From an uncultured Gammaproteobacteria bacterium (GTDB taxonomy: Bacteria; Patescibacteriota; Microgenomatia; Levybacterales; UBA12049), in contig CAZNAA010000001.1 in assembly GCA_964571255.1 (NCBI GenBank), forward strand, positions 254,986-318,985: a stretch of 64,000 nt of DNA, written 5' to 3'. The position numbers were made by a program, and so were the translations under genes. Position 1 is the stretch's first letter. Each line of letters opens with the position of its first letter. Positions 47,497 to 57,086 of the stretch are shown one piece after another. The notes under the pieces were generated by a model that saw only the letters and a program-made list of their open reading frames with translations, was not told the origin of the DNA and ran no database searches.

Positions 47497-48144
47497 ATGA
47501 ATCCACCAATAGAACAAGGAGAGATGGAACAAAATCCACTAGAAGAAATTGACAAAAAACTTGCTATTCTTAAAGGATTTGAAACAGACTTGCATAATCA
47601 AGAAGTTGAGCAAGCTAGAGTATCAATTGCATCAATCATTGAAGGAGATATAGATTGGTTAAATACTCAGAGAATGGTAGCTACCTGTCATGGATCTCTT
47701 CAATATAACGATCCTCGAAATTTAGATGGGGACATTATGTTTATTACAGATACTCCAGGACTAAGCATTACAAATCCAGAGTACAACTCCCATGAGTATG
47801 CTATGGGAGAGATATTATCTCTTCCTAAAATGTGGCCACGTGTTCCGTTTGAACCTGAATTTTATATAGTAAATATTAGTAACTTTGAACAAATGCTTTC
47901 ATTAGTTGAAGCCGGTACAGCAACAGAGCTTGATGTAGAACGATTGTCCAATGCTGGATATGTTTTAAGCTCTGCGTTAATTAATAGCACTCAAGAGAAG
48001 CTATTTCGTGAACTTCAACAGAAAGTAAGAAGTATTGCTGAGGGAAGTAAATGGCTAAGAGAATCTATTATTGAAAATTTAAATAATGCAATTACTATAA
48101 GAAAAATAAGACGTGGACTACTTCCTCCTGAAACAGAAGAGTAA
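47497..48144 (+). CDS. Pol-beta-superfamily nucleotidyltransferase domain protein
   Basis: hGS-x9-13-DhD pattern: CHGSLQYNDPRNLDGDIMFITD. Confidence 0.55.
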   Translation: MNPPIEQGEMEQNPLEEIDKKLAILKGFETDLHNQEVEQARVSIASIIEGDIDWLNTQRMVATCHGSLQYNDPRNLDGDIMFITDTPGLSITNPEYNSHEYAMGEILSLPKMWPRVPFEPEFYIVNISNFEQMLSLVEAGTATELDVERLSNAGYVLSSALINSTQEKLFRELQQKVRSIAEGSKWLRESIIENLNNAITIRKIRRGLLPPETEE

Positions 48145-48300
48145 ATCTTCTTGTTGCTATTCCTTCTCTTTACTGATAAGGTTAAGTCTATGAGTACGAA
48201 ACTAAGGAGCGAAACCAAAAAGAATCCAAAATCTCTTTTGAAACCTAAGATGAGAGCTGGAGTAAAAGGACGAAGAGACAGACGAAAAATAAAGTAATCC

Positions 48301-49119
48301 TTACTTTTCCTCTTTAAGAAACAAATCTATTTTCTCAAATATCTCTTCAATATCTGAAAGTACCACAATGTGATTTCCCTCCTCTATATAAGAAAGTTTT
48401 GAGTTAGGAATAAGTGTATGAAGTGTCTCTGCAACTTGTGGAGGATAAATACGATCATGTCTTCCTTCAATAATAAGAGTAGGAAGAGAAATCTGTTTTA
48501 CTAATTCTCTTATCTGAGTTTCCATAACTGTTATGGTAAGAAGCAAGTAACTTCTTATTGAGGTATGTAATACATCAGAAGTAATTCGAGGAATGGAATA
48601 GTCACTTCCTCCAACAAACTGAGAGTAATTTACTTTTCCTTTCATATGAATATTGGGAAGAATACGTGAGAGAAAATAGATACTTGTTTTAATGCCAGGT
48701 AGTTTCCCAATGAGCCTTCCAAACCAAGGAGATTGATAACTAGTATCTATGAGTATTAAATTACTCAAGACCTCTTCTAGATCCTTTGTGGCTTGAATAG
48801 CAACCATTCCTCCAAAACAATGCCCAATAAGAACTCCTTTTGTTACTTTCTCCTCTGTAATAACTTGAATAACATCTTGTGCTAGTCTCTCAAGAAAATA
48901 ATCCACTCTTTTAGTAGGTCTTCCTGACTCTCCTTGTCCTCTAATATCAATAGCCAGAGTAGAATACCCTTTTTTGTGAAATAGTGAACGAAGAGAATCA
49001 AGTGCAGTGAGGTCGCCTCCTAGCCCGTGAAGAAAGACAAGTGAGTTTGTAGGGTTGAAGGTGGAACTTAGATCGTAGTTAATTTGTATGTTATCTAGAG
49101 AAGTAATCGTTTTTCTCAT
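48301..49119 (-). CDS. Alpha/beta-hydrolase fold protein with Cys in the nucleophile elbow (GHCFGG)
   Basis: HGLGGD oxyanion region, nucleophile elbow G-H-C-F-G, C-terminal His; 272 aa. Confidence 0.75.
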   Translation of the reverse strand: MRKTITSLDNIQINYDLSSTFNPTNSLVFLHGLGGDLTALDSLRSLFHKKGYSTLAIDIRGQGESGRPTKRVDYFLERLAQDVIQVITEEKVTKGVLIGHCFGGMVAIQATKDLEEVLSNLILIDTSYQSPWFGRLIGKLPGIKTSIYFLSRILPNIHMKGKVNYSQFVGGSDYSIPRITSDVLHTSIRSYLLLTITVMETQIRELVKQISLPTLIIEGRHDRIYPPQVAETLHTLIPNSKLSYIEEGNHIVVLSDIEEIFEKIDLFLKEEK

Positions 49120-49178
49120 GAAGTATGTTTAGTATAAACAGATAAAGAAGTAGATTATAGAGGTGAATTAAAAGTTTG

Positions 49179-49252
49179 TCGGGGACAGAAGACTCGAACT
49201 TCCGGCCTCACGGTCCCAAACCGCGCGCTCTAGCCAACTGAGCTAGTCCCCG
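49179..49252 (-). tRNA. tRNA-Pro (anticodon TGG)
   Basis: Reverse complement CGGGGACTAGCTCAGTTGGCTAGAGC...TTTGGGA...GGTTCGAGTC...GTCCCCG+A. Confidence 0.75.
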
Positions 49253-49298
49253 ATGAACTGAAGTCTATTGTACCTAAAAACCATTCTAACTTCAATCT

Positions 49299-50594
49299 TT
49301 AACGTGTATCTATTTGAATCGTCTTTCCATCTCTTAATATCCACCAAATAAGCTTCCCTGAAGGAGTACTGGTAAGAACGTCTTCTTTATCAAAGGCAAC
49401 TTGTCCAATATAGTAAGGAATTACTCCATCAATGGAATATGTGTATGATTTTTTATTTGCTAGCTCTGTATACCATTTCACTTCTAAATAAGTAATCGGA
49501 TCCTCAGTCATAATAAGATCTGTTGGTTGGGATTTAGCCAGAATCATTTGTACCTCTTCTCTGATATATGGCTTATTTACGGTATGGGTGATTTCATCAG
49601 CTGAGACATAACTCGCATAGAGAAAACTTCCAATAAGAAGTGTCAAAAGTAGTTTTGAAATCCTATTTTCACTCCATAATTTAGAAATTCCATAACTGAC
49701 AAACACAATAAAAAGAGGAAGTGAGGAAATAAGGTATCGTTCGTGATAAATGGGAGTCTTGTAGTGAGATAAATAATACGTCAGAATAATTGGGATAAAC
49801 GTTAAGAAGAGTGAAATAAGAGCTACCCTGTCAAACTTCTTTTCTTGCTTTGCAATATAGTAGGATACTCCAAAAACAGTAATAAGCAGACCAAAAAGAT
49901 ACACAGCTGCTTGAGATTCATGCCAAATATCCCCTCTTCCAAACTTTTCTAAAAGATGAGTGAACATGTAAGTAGTTTTCTCTGAAATCCAAAACTCCTC
50001 ACTAATCCTATTGAATTGGGTAATAAGGAAAATACTCCAAAAACTTCCTACTAGGAATGGAAGTGCAAAAATGCTTAGTCCTTCATGAAGATGTTTTAAT
50101 ACCTCTTTTCGTTTTTCATATACCCACCATATTCCTAGTGACAAGACATTAAAGTAGGCAAAATTATGAGTAAGTAAGGAGAGTGAGAGAATAACGCTTG
50201 CAAACAAATATTGTTTTTTAAGAATGAGTAATATAGTAAAGGCAGTAAGAAAGGCAAAAAGACTATATGGTCGAACCTCTGCTGCATATTGAATAAGAAG
50301 AGGATTCAAAAGCACTGAAAGGACAACACACACTCTTCCTAGAATAGAGCGAATATAGTGCTTAGAGATAAAATAAATAACAACAGCGAGTAATATATGA
50401 AAGCAAATGGATAAGGCTCTGAGTGCTACCTCTCCTGTTCCAAACAGATGCATCCAGTAGTGCAAAAGAAGAAAGTATAAGGGAGGACTTTGATCCTCAA
50501 GCATTTTATATACAATATTTAGTGGAGAATTTTTTGCAATTAAAACGGAAAAGGCTTCGTCTCTCCAGAGACTTTGGGTAAAAAGTGATAGCAT
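49299..50594 (-). CDS. GT-C fold glycosyltransferase (GT39/ArnT/PMT-like)
   Basis: N-terminal loop-1 motif WRDEAF, ~11 TM helices, C-terminal soluble domain. Confidence 0.7.
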   Translation of the reverse strand: MLSLFTQSLWRDEAFSVLIAKNSPLNIVYKMLEDQSPPLYFLLLHYWMHLFGTGEVALRALSICFHILLAVVIYFISKHYIRSILGRVCVVLSVLLNPLLIQYAAEVRPYSLFAFLTAFTILLILKKQYLFASVILSLSLLTHNFAYFNVLSLGIWWVYEKRKEVLKHLHEGLSIFALPFLVGSFWSIFLITQFNRISEEFWISEKTTYMFTHLLEKFGRGDIWHESQAAVYLFGLLITVFGVSYYIAKQEKKFDRVALISLFLTFIPIILTYYLSHYKTPIYHERYLISSLPLFIVFVSYGISKLWSENRISKLLLTLLIGSFLYASYVSADEITHTVNKPYIREEVQMILAKSQPTDLIMTEDPITYLEVKWYTELANKKSYTYSIDGVIPYYIGQVAFDKEDVLTSTPSGKLIWWILRDGKTIQIDTR

Positions 50595-50621
50595 GAGTTA
50601 ATCGTAGCAGAAATTTAGGGG

Positions 50622-50705
50622 TGCCGCGAGAGAGACTCGAACTCTCACATCCGATAAAGGACAAAGGCTCTTAAGGCCCTCGTGTCTACCATTCCACCAT
50701 CGCGG
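50622..50705 (-). tRNA. tRNA-Leu (anticodon TAA), long variable arm
   Basis: Reverse complement GCCGCGATGGTGGAATGGTAGACAC...CTTAAGA...variable arm...GGTTCGAGTCTC...TCGCGGCA. Confidence 0.75.
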
Positions 50706-50745
50706 CGAGTTTCTTTATTGTACTTGAAATACAGCTAAATCGCAA

Positions 50746-51423
50746 TTATTTACCATTTTTTATAAAGAGCAAATGACGAATATATTGCAAAATAGTATTT
50801 GCCCATAGTGCATAACCAAAATCAGACGGATGAAACCCATCTTCTGCTAACATTTCAGGATATCTTCTAGCAAACATCCCACTAAGAGGAAAGAGATCAA
50901 CAATAATTACTTTTGCTTCTTTTCCTCTTCTCTCAATTCTTGTATTAAACCTTTTTACTTGTAGCAAACTTGCTGTTCTCACTCCTTTTGGAACTGCAGG
51001 AGTAACAGACATATTAGGAATTGTATTGATAACGATCTCTGCATGCGTTTCTCTTTTTAGTCGTTTGAGAATGATTTGAATATCTTTTTCAAACTCTAAA
51101 ATATTTCGTCTGTAACGCACATCGTTTGCTCCAATTGAGATTGTTACTAAATCAGGGGAAAGAGCAATGGATTTATCTAATTGTTCAGTCACTAAGTCTT
51201 TTGCAGTTGAGTCAAGTCGACCTAAGTTATAAAATTTTGCTTGTTTATAACTTCCTTTTATTGCTTCAAAGATAATAGCAGGATAGGTTCTATCAGGACT
51301 TGTTGCTCCAAGTCCTTCAACAGTACTATCTCCTAATGCAACGTAGGTGAAAGGGCGTTTCTTTAAAGGAAACGTTCTGATAAAAAGAGTCCGTAAAAAT
51401 AAGTAAATTCGTCTTAAAAACAT
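50746..51423 (-). CDS. SGNH/GDSL hydrolase
   Basis: Block I VALGDSTVEG, block III GANDV, C-terminal DxxH (DGFHPSD). Confidence 0.75.
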   Translation of the reverse strand: MFLRRIYLFLRTLFIRTFPLKKRPFTYVALGDSTVEGLGATSPDRTYPAIIFEAIKGSYKQAKFYNLGRLDSTAKDLVTEQLDKSIALSPDLVTISIGANDVRYRRNILEFEKDIQIILKRLKRETHAEIVINTIPNMSVTPAVPKGVRTASLLQVKRFNTRIERRGKEAKVIIVDLFPLSGMFARRYPEMLAEDGFHPSDFGYALWANTILQYIRHLLFIKNGK

Positions 51424-51492
51424 ATGCTGTATTGTAGCCTACTCTTGCTTTATTTGCATTTTAAATGCTTTTTGGTAGAATAAGAAAGTCTT

Positions 51493-51563
51493 GCGGGTGT
51501 AGTTCAATGGTAGAACAGTAGATTTCCAATCTGCATACGAGGGTCCGATTCCCTTCACCCGCT
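51493..51563 (+). tRNA. tRNA-Gly (anticodon TCC)
   Basis: GCGGGTGTAGTTCAATGGTAGAAC...TTTCCAA...GGTCCGATTCCC...CACCCGC+T. Confidence 0.7.
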
Positions 51564-51571
51564 CATATTCT

Positions 51572-52717
51572 TCACTTATTTGTTCCTACTACTTGATGAT
51601 ATACTGCTTCATAACCTGGAATTATTTTCTCAGCTGTAAACTCATGAGAAGCTTTATAAGCCTCCTTGGTAAATGAATGTATCTTTTCTTCATCAACAAA
51701 GTGAGTAAGGATATGAGAAGCAAGTCCATCAATATCTCCAACGTCTGCCAAGTATCCTAATCTGTCATGCGTAATTACTTCAGAAATTCCTCCCACGTTT
51801 GTACTAAAAACTGGAACCCCATACGCAAGTGCTTCAAGTCCTACTAGACAAAAACTTTCATATTCTGAAGTAATAATTAACCCATCTGCAATTTCAAGAA
51901 AAGAGTAGGGATTTTTTACTCTGCCTACAAAATGAATGGAATCTTGGTTACGAACAGTCTCTTTTTGCTTTTTGATATTTTCAATTTCAGGACCTTCCCC
52001 AATAAGGAGTAAAACTGCTGGCATTTTTTTATTTACTTTTGAGAATATCTTGATGCAGTCCCCTATTCGCTTAATAGGTCTAAAGTTTGATATATGTACG
52101 AAAACTTTTTCATTTGAAGATGCATATTTCTTTTTTAACTGGGGACGAATTGCTTTTTGAGGAAAGGTAGAAAAGTTAATAAAGTTATATATTACTTCAA
52201 TTTGTTTTTTACACGCATAGATTTGCTTTGCTCTTTTAGCTAAATCGTTGGATACTGCAGTAACTCTGTCACTTTCTTCAAGGACGTATTTCATGATTTG
52301 AGGCACTTCTTGACCAAGACTCAACACATCGGTTCCATGCAACGTAGTTACTACTTTAATATCAATTCCTTTTTGTTTTAAAATTTCTCTTGCTTGCAAT
52401 GCGCAATAGGCAAAAGGAATAGCAAAATGAGCATGAATAAGATCTAATTTATGAAGAATTACTGCCTCAACAATCCCTTCAGTTAAGGATGCTTCGTTAA
52501 GCGGACTACTAAATAAAGCATGTTTTACATTGGATACTTTATGAAACATGATATTGTGCTTATTCATTCGAAATGGAAAATCTACTCCAATAAAAACAAC
52601 CTGATACTTATTCGTTTTTGCTAAATATTGAGCGAGTTCTGATCCCACTACCCCACTTCCACCAAGCCATGGAGAACACACAATACCAATTGAGAGTTTT
52701 TTAACGGAGTTTTTCAT
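51572..52717 (-). CDS. GT4 glycosyltransferase (BshA-like retaining glycosyltransferase)
   Basis: N-terminal GGSGVVGSELA, EX7E-like C-terminal motif; 381 aa. Confidence 0.8.
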   Translation of the reverse strand: MKNSVKKLSIGIVCSPWLGGSGVVGSELAQYLAKTNKYQVVFIGVDFPFRMNKHNIMFHKVSNVKHALFSSPLNEASLTEGIVEAVILHKLDLIHAHFAIPFAYCALQAREILKQKGIDIKVVTTLHGTDVLSLGQEVPQIMKYVLEESDRVTAVSNDLAKRAKQIYACKKQIEVIYNFINFSTFPQKAIRPQLKKKYASSNEKVFVHISNFRPIKRIGDCIKIFSKVNKKMPAVLLLIGEGPEIENIKKQKETVRNQDSIHFVGRVKNPYSFLEIADGLIITSEYESFCLVGLEALAYGVPVFSTNVGGISEVITHDRLGYLADVGDIDGLASHILTHFVDEEKIHSFTKEAYKASHEFTAEKIIPGYEAVYHQVVGTNK

Positions 52718-53865
52718 TACAAGAGTGCTTTTTTGTAGATTGAGAGAAGTTTAGAATGAATATTATCAGTAGATACTTCATGCTTAATGTCCTCACGGGT
52801 ATTGTCTCCAATACGTGAAGTGCTCATTTGTTTCACTTTATCATAGACTGCTTTTACAGAATGGAAATCAATAATTAGATTATCCAAACCTACCTTTCTA
52901 AAGGTTTCAGATACTCCCATATTTGAACTCACGAATGCAGGTGTACCAGACGCTACTGCTTCTTGAGGAACATTTCCATAAGTCTCAAAATGAGATGGAC
53001 AAAGTACCATTCCCATTCGTCCATAAAACTTCGCAAGTTTTGTTGCATCCATTGGCGAAAGAACTTTAGCAAATTGAGACGCTTTCTTGTCTTTTTCCTT
53101 CATTAAACTAGTATCAGTTACGATTGTGATATTAAAATAACCTCCCATTTTTTCATTGTATTTAACAAATTTTTTAATAAACTCAGGATTTTTGACTGGA
53201 CTCCATCTTCCTACTACACCAATATTTCTCGCTGATCCTTTAGTAGAAATATCAAAATAGTGATCTTGAATTGAGTTTGGAAGGATAGCACTTTGTGCGA
53301 TGGAATGACCAAATACTTCTTCTTCAACTACCTTTTTTGATAAAAGCGAAGGGAAAATATAATGGAGACGTTTATTATCAAATGTTTGTTCCATCTCCTT
53401 CATTAACTGACGTGCATGAGGAGTCCATGTTTCTGTTTCTTTGGTTAGAATTCCATGATAGTGCAAAACGAGTGGTAATTTAGTTTCTCGTGCAGCAAGA
53501 TATAAACACCAAGGAATAAAGTAAGTCCCATTAATGACAATTAAATCAGGTTTTTCTTCACTAATAATTTTCTTGTAGTATTCAATAATATGTTGATACT
53601 TTTTTTGGATTTCTTTTAATGAAGTAACTGTTTCGAGAAGTGGCTGAATCTTCTCACATTCAATTTCTTGCGTAATAATAGTAAAAGGACTATTTACCTT
53701 ACGAGAAGAGATCAGAGAAGATCCTTTCGTATATTTCCGAAGCACATCAATTCCGATTATTTCTACTTCTTGATCGTTTTGATTGGAAAGAAATTCTTTA
53801 AACGATGCTAAAGCTTGAGTAATTCCTCCTACTTGAACAGATTGAATGTTTGTTAATATTTTCAT
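52717..53865 (-). CDS. GT4-family glycosyltransferase
   Basis: C-terminal ETYGNVPQEAVASGTPAF (EX7E); stop/start overlap with the downstream GT4 gene. Confidence 0.75.
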   Translation of the reverse strand: MKILTNIQSVQVGGITQALASFKEFLSNQNDQEVEIIGIDVLRKYTKGSSLISSRKVNSPFTIITQEIECEKIQPLLETVTSLKEIQKKYQHIIEYYKKIISEEKPDLIVINGTYFIPWCLYLAARETKLPLVLHYHGILTKETETWTPHARQLMKEMEQTFDNKRLHYIFPSLLSKKVVEEEVFGHSIAQSAILPNSIQDHYFDISTKGSARNIGVVGRWSPVKNPEFIKKFVKYNEKMGGYFNITIVTDTSLMKEKDKKASQFAKVLSPMDATKLAKFYGRMGMVLCPSHFETYGNVPQEAVASGTPAFVSSNMGVSETFRKVGLDNLIIDFHSVKAVYDKVKQMSTSRIGDNTREDIKHEVSTDNIHSKLLSIYKKALL

Positions 53866-54093
53866 AAAAGTACGTTTTTACTACGTACAATGAAATATAA
53901 TCATAAGTTTGTTATTGTTTTTTGAATGTTCGTTCCATAGACAAAATTTCTAACAATAGGGTCTTTTGTAAGTAGTAGAGCATTATAGCATATAATGACA
54001 AAAAAAATTGAGGAACAGTAAGAGAACTATGTAATAAAACAGTATGAATAAGGGTATTATCTCATGATTATTACAGGATTAATTCGGTTAATT

Positions 54094-55086
54094 TTATTCT
54101 TCCTTAGAGTTAATATTGTTAAAGATAACAATCATAAAGGAGATAAAAGGAATAGAAAGAAGGGCTCCAACAATTCCCATCACACTTCCTCCAACAGTAA
54201 TTCCTAAAATAACCAGAATAGGATTCATTCCCACCGCTCGTTGCATAACATTTGGAACAAGTACATGGTTTTCAAATAATTGAATGACAATATAGGCAAT
54301 AGTGACTGCTAGAGCAAGTGTTGGTGAAATGGTGAGTGCTACGATAATTGCAGGAATTGCTGAGATGATTGGACCAATTGTTGGAAGTACTTCAAGTAGC
54401 CCAGCCATTAGAGCTAATGGAAGTGCATACTCCATTCCTAAGAATGAAAGAATAATCCAGGTTAAAATTCCAATGACAAATGATAATACTACTTGTCCTC
54501 GCATCCACGCTCCTAGCTTGTCATCGACCTGAGTCATAGTCGTAGTAACTCTTTCATGAAGCTTTGAAGGAAATAATCCTACAAACCACTCTTGGAACTG
54601 ATCCCTATAGAAAAGTAAATAGAAACTAACGATAAGAATCGTGAAAAGAGTGAAAACTCCTCCAAAAACACGACTAGTAAGAGAAACAGCGTTTTGACTC
54701 AAGTTTCCAATTTCTGAAGCAAGGTATCCTTGAACTGCATCCGCGTCAATCGGAATTCCAAGAATCTGAGTTGTTTCGTTAAGATATCTTGGCAATCCTT
54801 CAAAAAGTCCTTGTGTTTGTGTAATTGAGAAAGGAATAAGAGGAACAATCACAACTATAATTGCAAAAAGAACTCCGAAAAAAGGAATAAGAACACTGAG
54901 GATTCTTGGGAATTTGTGACGTCTTAAAAAGTGAACAAAGGGAATAAGAGCTGCCATAATGATATAGGATAAAAATACAGACGCCCAAATACCACGAGTT
55001 TCAAAAACAAACCACCCAAAAAGAAGCATGAAAACAGTAAGAACAACTTGGTTTCTTAAAAGATAAGAATAAAGCTTTTCAATCAT
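54094..55086 (-). CDS. AI-2E family transporter (PerM/UPF0118)
   Basis: 330 aa, 8 TM helices, typical AI-2E topology and N-terminal pattern. Confidence 0.75.
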   Translation of the reverse strand: MIEKLYSYLLRNQVVLTVFMLLFGWFVFETRGIWASVFLSYIIMAALIPFVHFLRRHKFPRILSVLIPFFGVLFAIIVVIVPLIPFSITQTQGLFEGLPRYLNETTQILGIPIDADAVQGYLASEIGNLSQNAVSLTSRVFGGVFTLFTILIVSFYLLFYRDQFQEWFVGLFPSKLHERVTTTMTQVDDKLGAWMRGQVVLSFVIGILTWIILSFLGMEYALPLALMAGLLEVLPTIGPIISAIPAIIVALTISPTLALAVTIAYIVIQLFENHVLVPNVMQRAVGMNPILVILGITVGGSVMGIVGALLSIPFISFMIVIFNNINSKEE

Positions 55087-55231
55087 ATATCTGTATGATA
55101 CGTAAGAAAAATTAAGAAGTCAAACAAGGTCCAACTAGATAATCTCTACTTAGGTAATTGTATCTTTTCTTATGGGATATATCAAGCGTGGTTGCACTTA
55201 TGGGTAATGATTGATAAAATACACTTACCTT

Positions 55232-55304
55232 GCCCCTGTAGCTCAGAGGATAGAGCTGGTCGGTTCTAACGACAAGGTCGGGGGTTCGAATCCCTCCAGG
55301 GGTA
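55232..55304 (+). tRNA. tRNA-Arg (anticodon TCT)
   Basis: GCCCCTGTAGCTCAGAGGATAGAGC...GTTCTAA...GGTTCGAATCCC...CAGGGGT+A (G1·U72 pair). Confidence 0.7.
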
Positions 55305-55330
55305 CATAGTTATAACGATGTCTTAAGTAT

Positions 55331-56464
55331 CTACTTTATGGAGTACATAACTCCTCTTGTACTTCCGATTTTTTTAATATATTTTTTAATTTCCAACTGT
55401 TTAATGTTATATCGAAGAGTTCTATCAGGAATACTTAGAAATCTTCTTTTTATTTGATCAAAAGAAAGAATTTTGTGTTCCCTAATAAGAAGTAAGATCT
55501 CTTTTCGTCTTGGGAGAAGCGTATCTTCTTCACTAAGAGCTTGAGGCTCTGCAAATTGCCCTTTTAGTTTGTCTGACTGCTCAAGGATAAGTTGTAAGAT
55601 ATATTCTATAAACCCAGTAGCATCAGACTGATCAAGAAGTGAATAATAACTTTGTTTTTTTTCTTGAAGCAGCTCCTCAACCGATAAGAGCCAATCAAAA
55701 TGATAATTAGATCTGGCAAGAAGTACTTGAAGAAGTAATCTCCCTACTCTCCCGTTTCCATCCATAAACGGGTGAATCTTTTCAAAGGACATATGAGCCA
55801 AAGCTGCTTGAATTAAAGGAGGACTATCAGATTTAGTATTTAAAAAAGTAAGAAGTGAAACAAGAAGAGAGGTAATTTCTGAGGGAGGAGGGGTCATATA
55901 GACAACATTTCCAAATTGATCAAATATCGCACTAGGTTCTGTACGCATTTTTCCAGCGTGTGAATCATGAACTAATTTATGCATGACCATTTTATGAAGT
56001 GTTTGAATAAAGTGGATGTCTATTACCTCAGGAAGTGGAGTTTCTTGAAGAAAGGTCAAAGTAGTAATAATATTCTCTATCTCTTGATATTCATATTGCT
56101 TCTGACTCATCTCCTCACTCTCTGATGCGTACTGTTCAAGAGAAATTGTATTTCCTTCAATTTGTGCTGAGTAAACAGAACTTTTTAGTAAGCTTTGTCT
56201 TTTTAGATTTAGGTATACTTCTTTAGGAAAAGATAAATGAGTAAATTGAGACCTATTAACTTCAATTTGACTAATAAGTTGAATCATTCTATTTGTGAGC
56301 TGATATGGGGGTGGAATAGGTATCATTGCCAAATACAGATAAATGTTACCAAATACTGCCAAATATTGCCAGATCATCATGATTCTTTTCTTTTGATTAG
56401 CCGCTAACTTGTGGCACCTAATACTATTTTTTACACTTGCAAAACATTGACAAGATGCCCACAT
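55331..56464 (-). CDS. Fic family protein, class II (internal inhibitory motif SAQIEGN)
   Basis: Fic motif HPFMDGNGRVGR; inhibitory [ST]xxxE[GN] at SAQIEGN upstream; 377 aa. Confidence 0.8.
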   Translation of the reverse strand: MWASCQCFASVKNSIRCHKLAANQKKRIMMIWQYLAVFGNIYLYLAMIPIPPPYQLTNRMIQLISQIEVNRSQFTHLSFPKEVYLNLKRQSLLKSSVYSAQIEGNTISLEQYASESEEMSQKQYEYQEIENIITTLTFLQETPLPEVIDIHFIQTLHKMVMHKLVHDSHAGKMRTEPSAIFDQFGNVVYMTPPPSEITSLLVSLLTFLNTKSDSPPLIQAALAHMSFEKIHPFMDGNGRVGRLLLQVLLARSNYHFDWLLSVEELLQEKKQSYYSLLDQSDATGFIEYILQLILEQSDKLKGQFAEPQALSEEDTLLPRRKEILLLIREHKILSFDQIKRRFLSIPDRTLRYNIKQLEIKKYIKKIGSTRGVMYSIK

Positions 56465-56481
56465 GACTTTATTCTAATTAA

Positions 56482-56952
56482 GTGAGAGTTTGTGTAAGGT
56501 GTAGAAATCAATTTCAAACAACAAGTAGACATCTCTCCTGCTCTAGTTGCAGAAAGAAATCTTACAAAAACCGTTGCACATCGTGCGGAGAGTTAAAGCA
56601 GCGTAAATCAAAGTTGTGCATAAATTGTTTTAAACAAAGTAAACAATATCCATACTCAAAAACAAAACATCTAAGTAAAAATGGCTATTATTATGTTTAC
56701 TACAGAGCACATCCATGCTCCGATAAAGAAGGAAGAGTTTTCGAGCATCGTCTCATTATGGAAAAGAAATTAGGAAGATATTTACTTCCATTTGAAAATG
56801 TTCATCATAAAAACGGTATAAGAATGGATAATAGGATTGAAAACTTAGAACTGTGGGTTAAATCACAGCCTACTGGCGCGAGAGTTGAAGATGTTGTAAA
56901 ATGGGCAAAGGAAGTTTTAAGGTTATATGGTGATGTTAGCTCAGTTGGTTAG
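56482..56952 (+). CDS. HNH endonuclease (phage-type HNH_3) with N-terminal Cys-rich zinc-finger region
   Basis: CxxC pairs in the N-terminus; EHRLIMEK...NVHHKNGIRMDNRIENLELW (HNH His/Asn core). 3' end overlaps tRNA-His by ~24 nt. Confidence 0.65.
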   Translation: MRVCVRCRNQFQTTSRHLSCSSCRKKSYKNRCTSCGELKQRKSKLCINCFKQSKQYPYSKTKHLSKNGYYYVYYRAHPCSDKEGRVFEHRLIMEKKLGRYLLPFENVHHKNGIRMDNRIENLELWVKSQPTGARVEDVVKWAKEVLRLYGDVSSVG

Positions 56953-57006
56953 AGCATCAGTTTGTGGTACTGAGGGTCGCCGGTTCAAGTCCGGTACATC
57001 ACCCCA
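56929..57006 (+). tRNA. tRNA-His (anticodon GTG) with genomically encoded G-1 and CCA
   Basis: G-GTGATGTTAGCTCAGTTGGTTAGAGC...TTGTGGT...GGTTCAAGTCC...ACATCAC-C-CCA. Confidence 0.8.
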
Positions 57007-57086
57007 AAAATTTTAGCCTCGGAAAAACATATCAAACTACTTCACCCTAAGACTGAGTTCGAACTTCTGCTATACTAGTCATTAGT

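Noticed and set aside
57046-57072. tRNA T-arm-like fragment (ctgagttcgaacttctgc) downstream of tRNA-His as a possible att site
   Set aside because: Too short and imperfect to call an attachment site without a matching second copy; mentioned only as context for the island hypothesis
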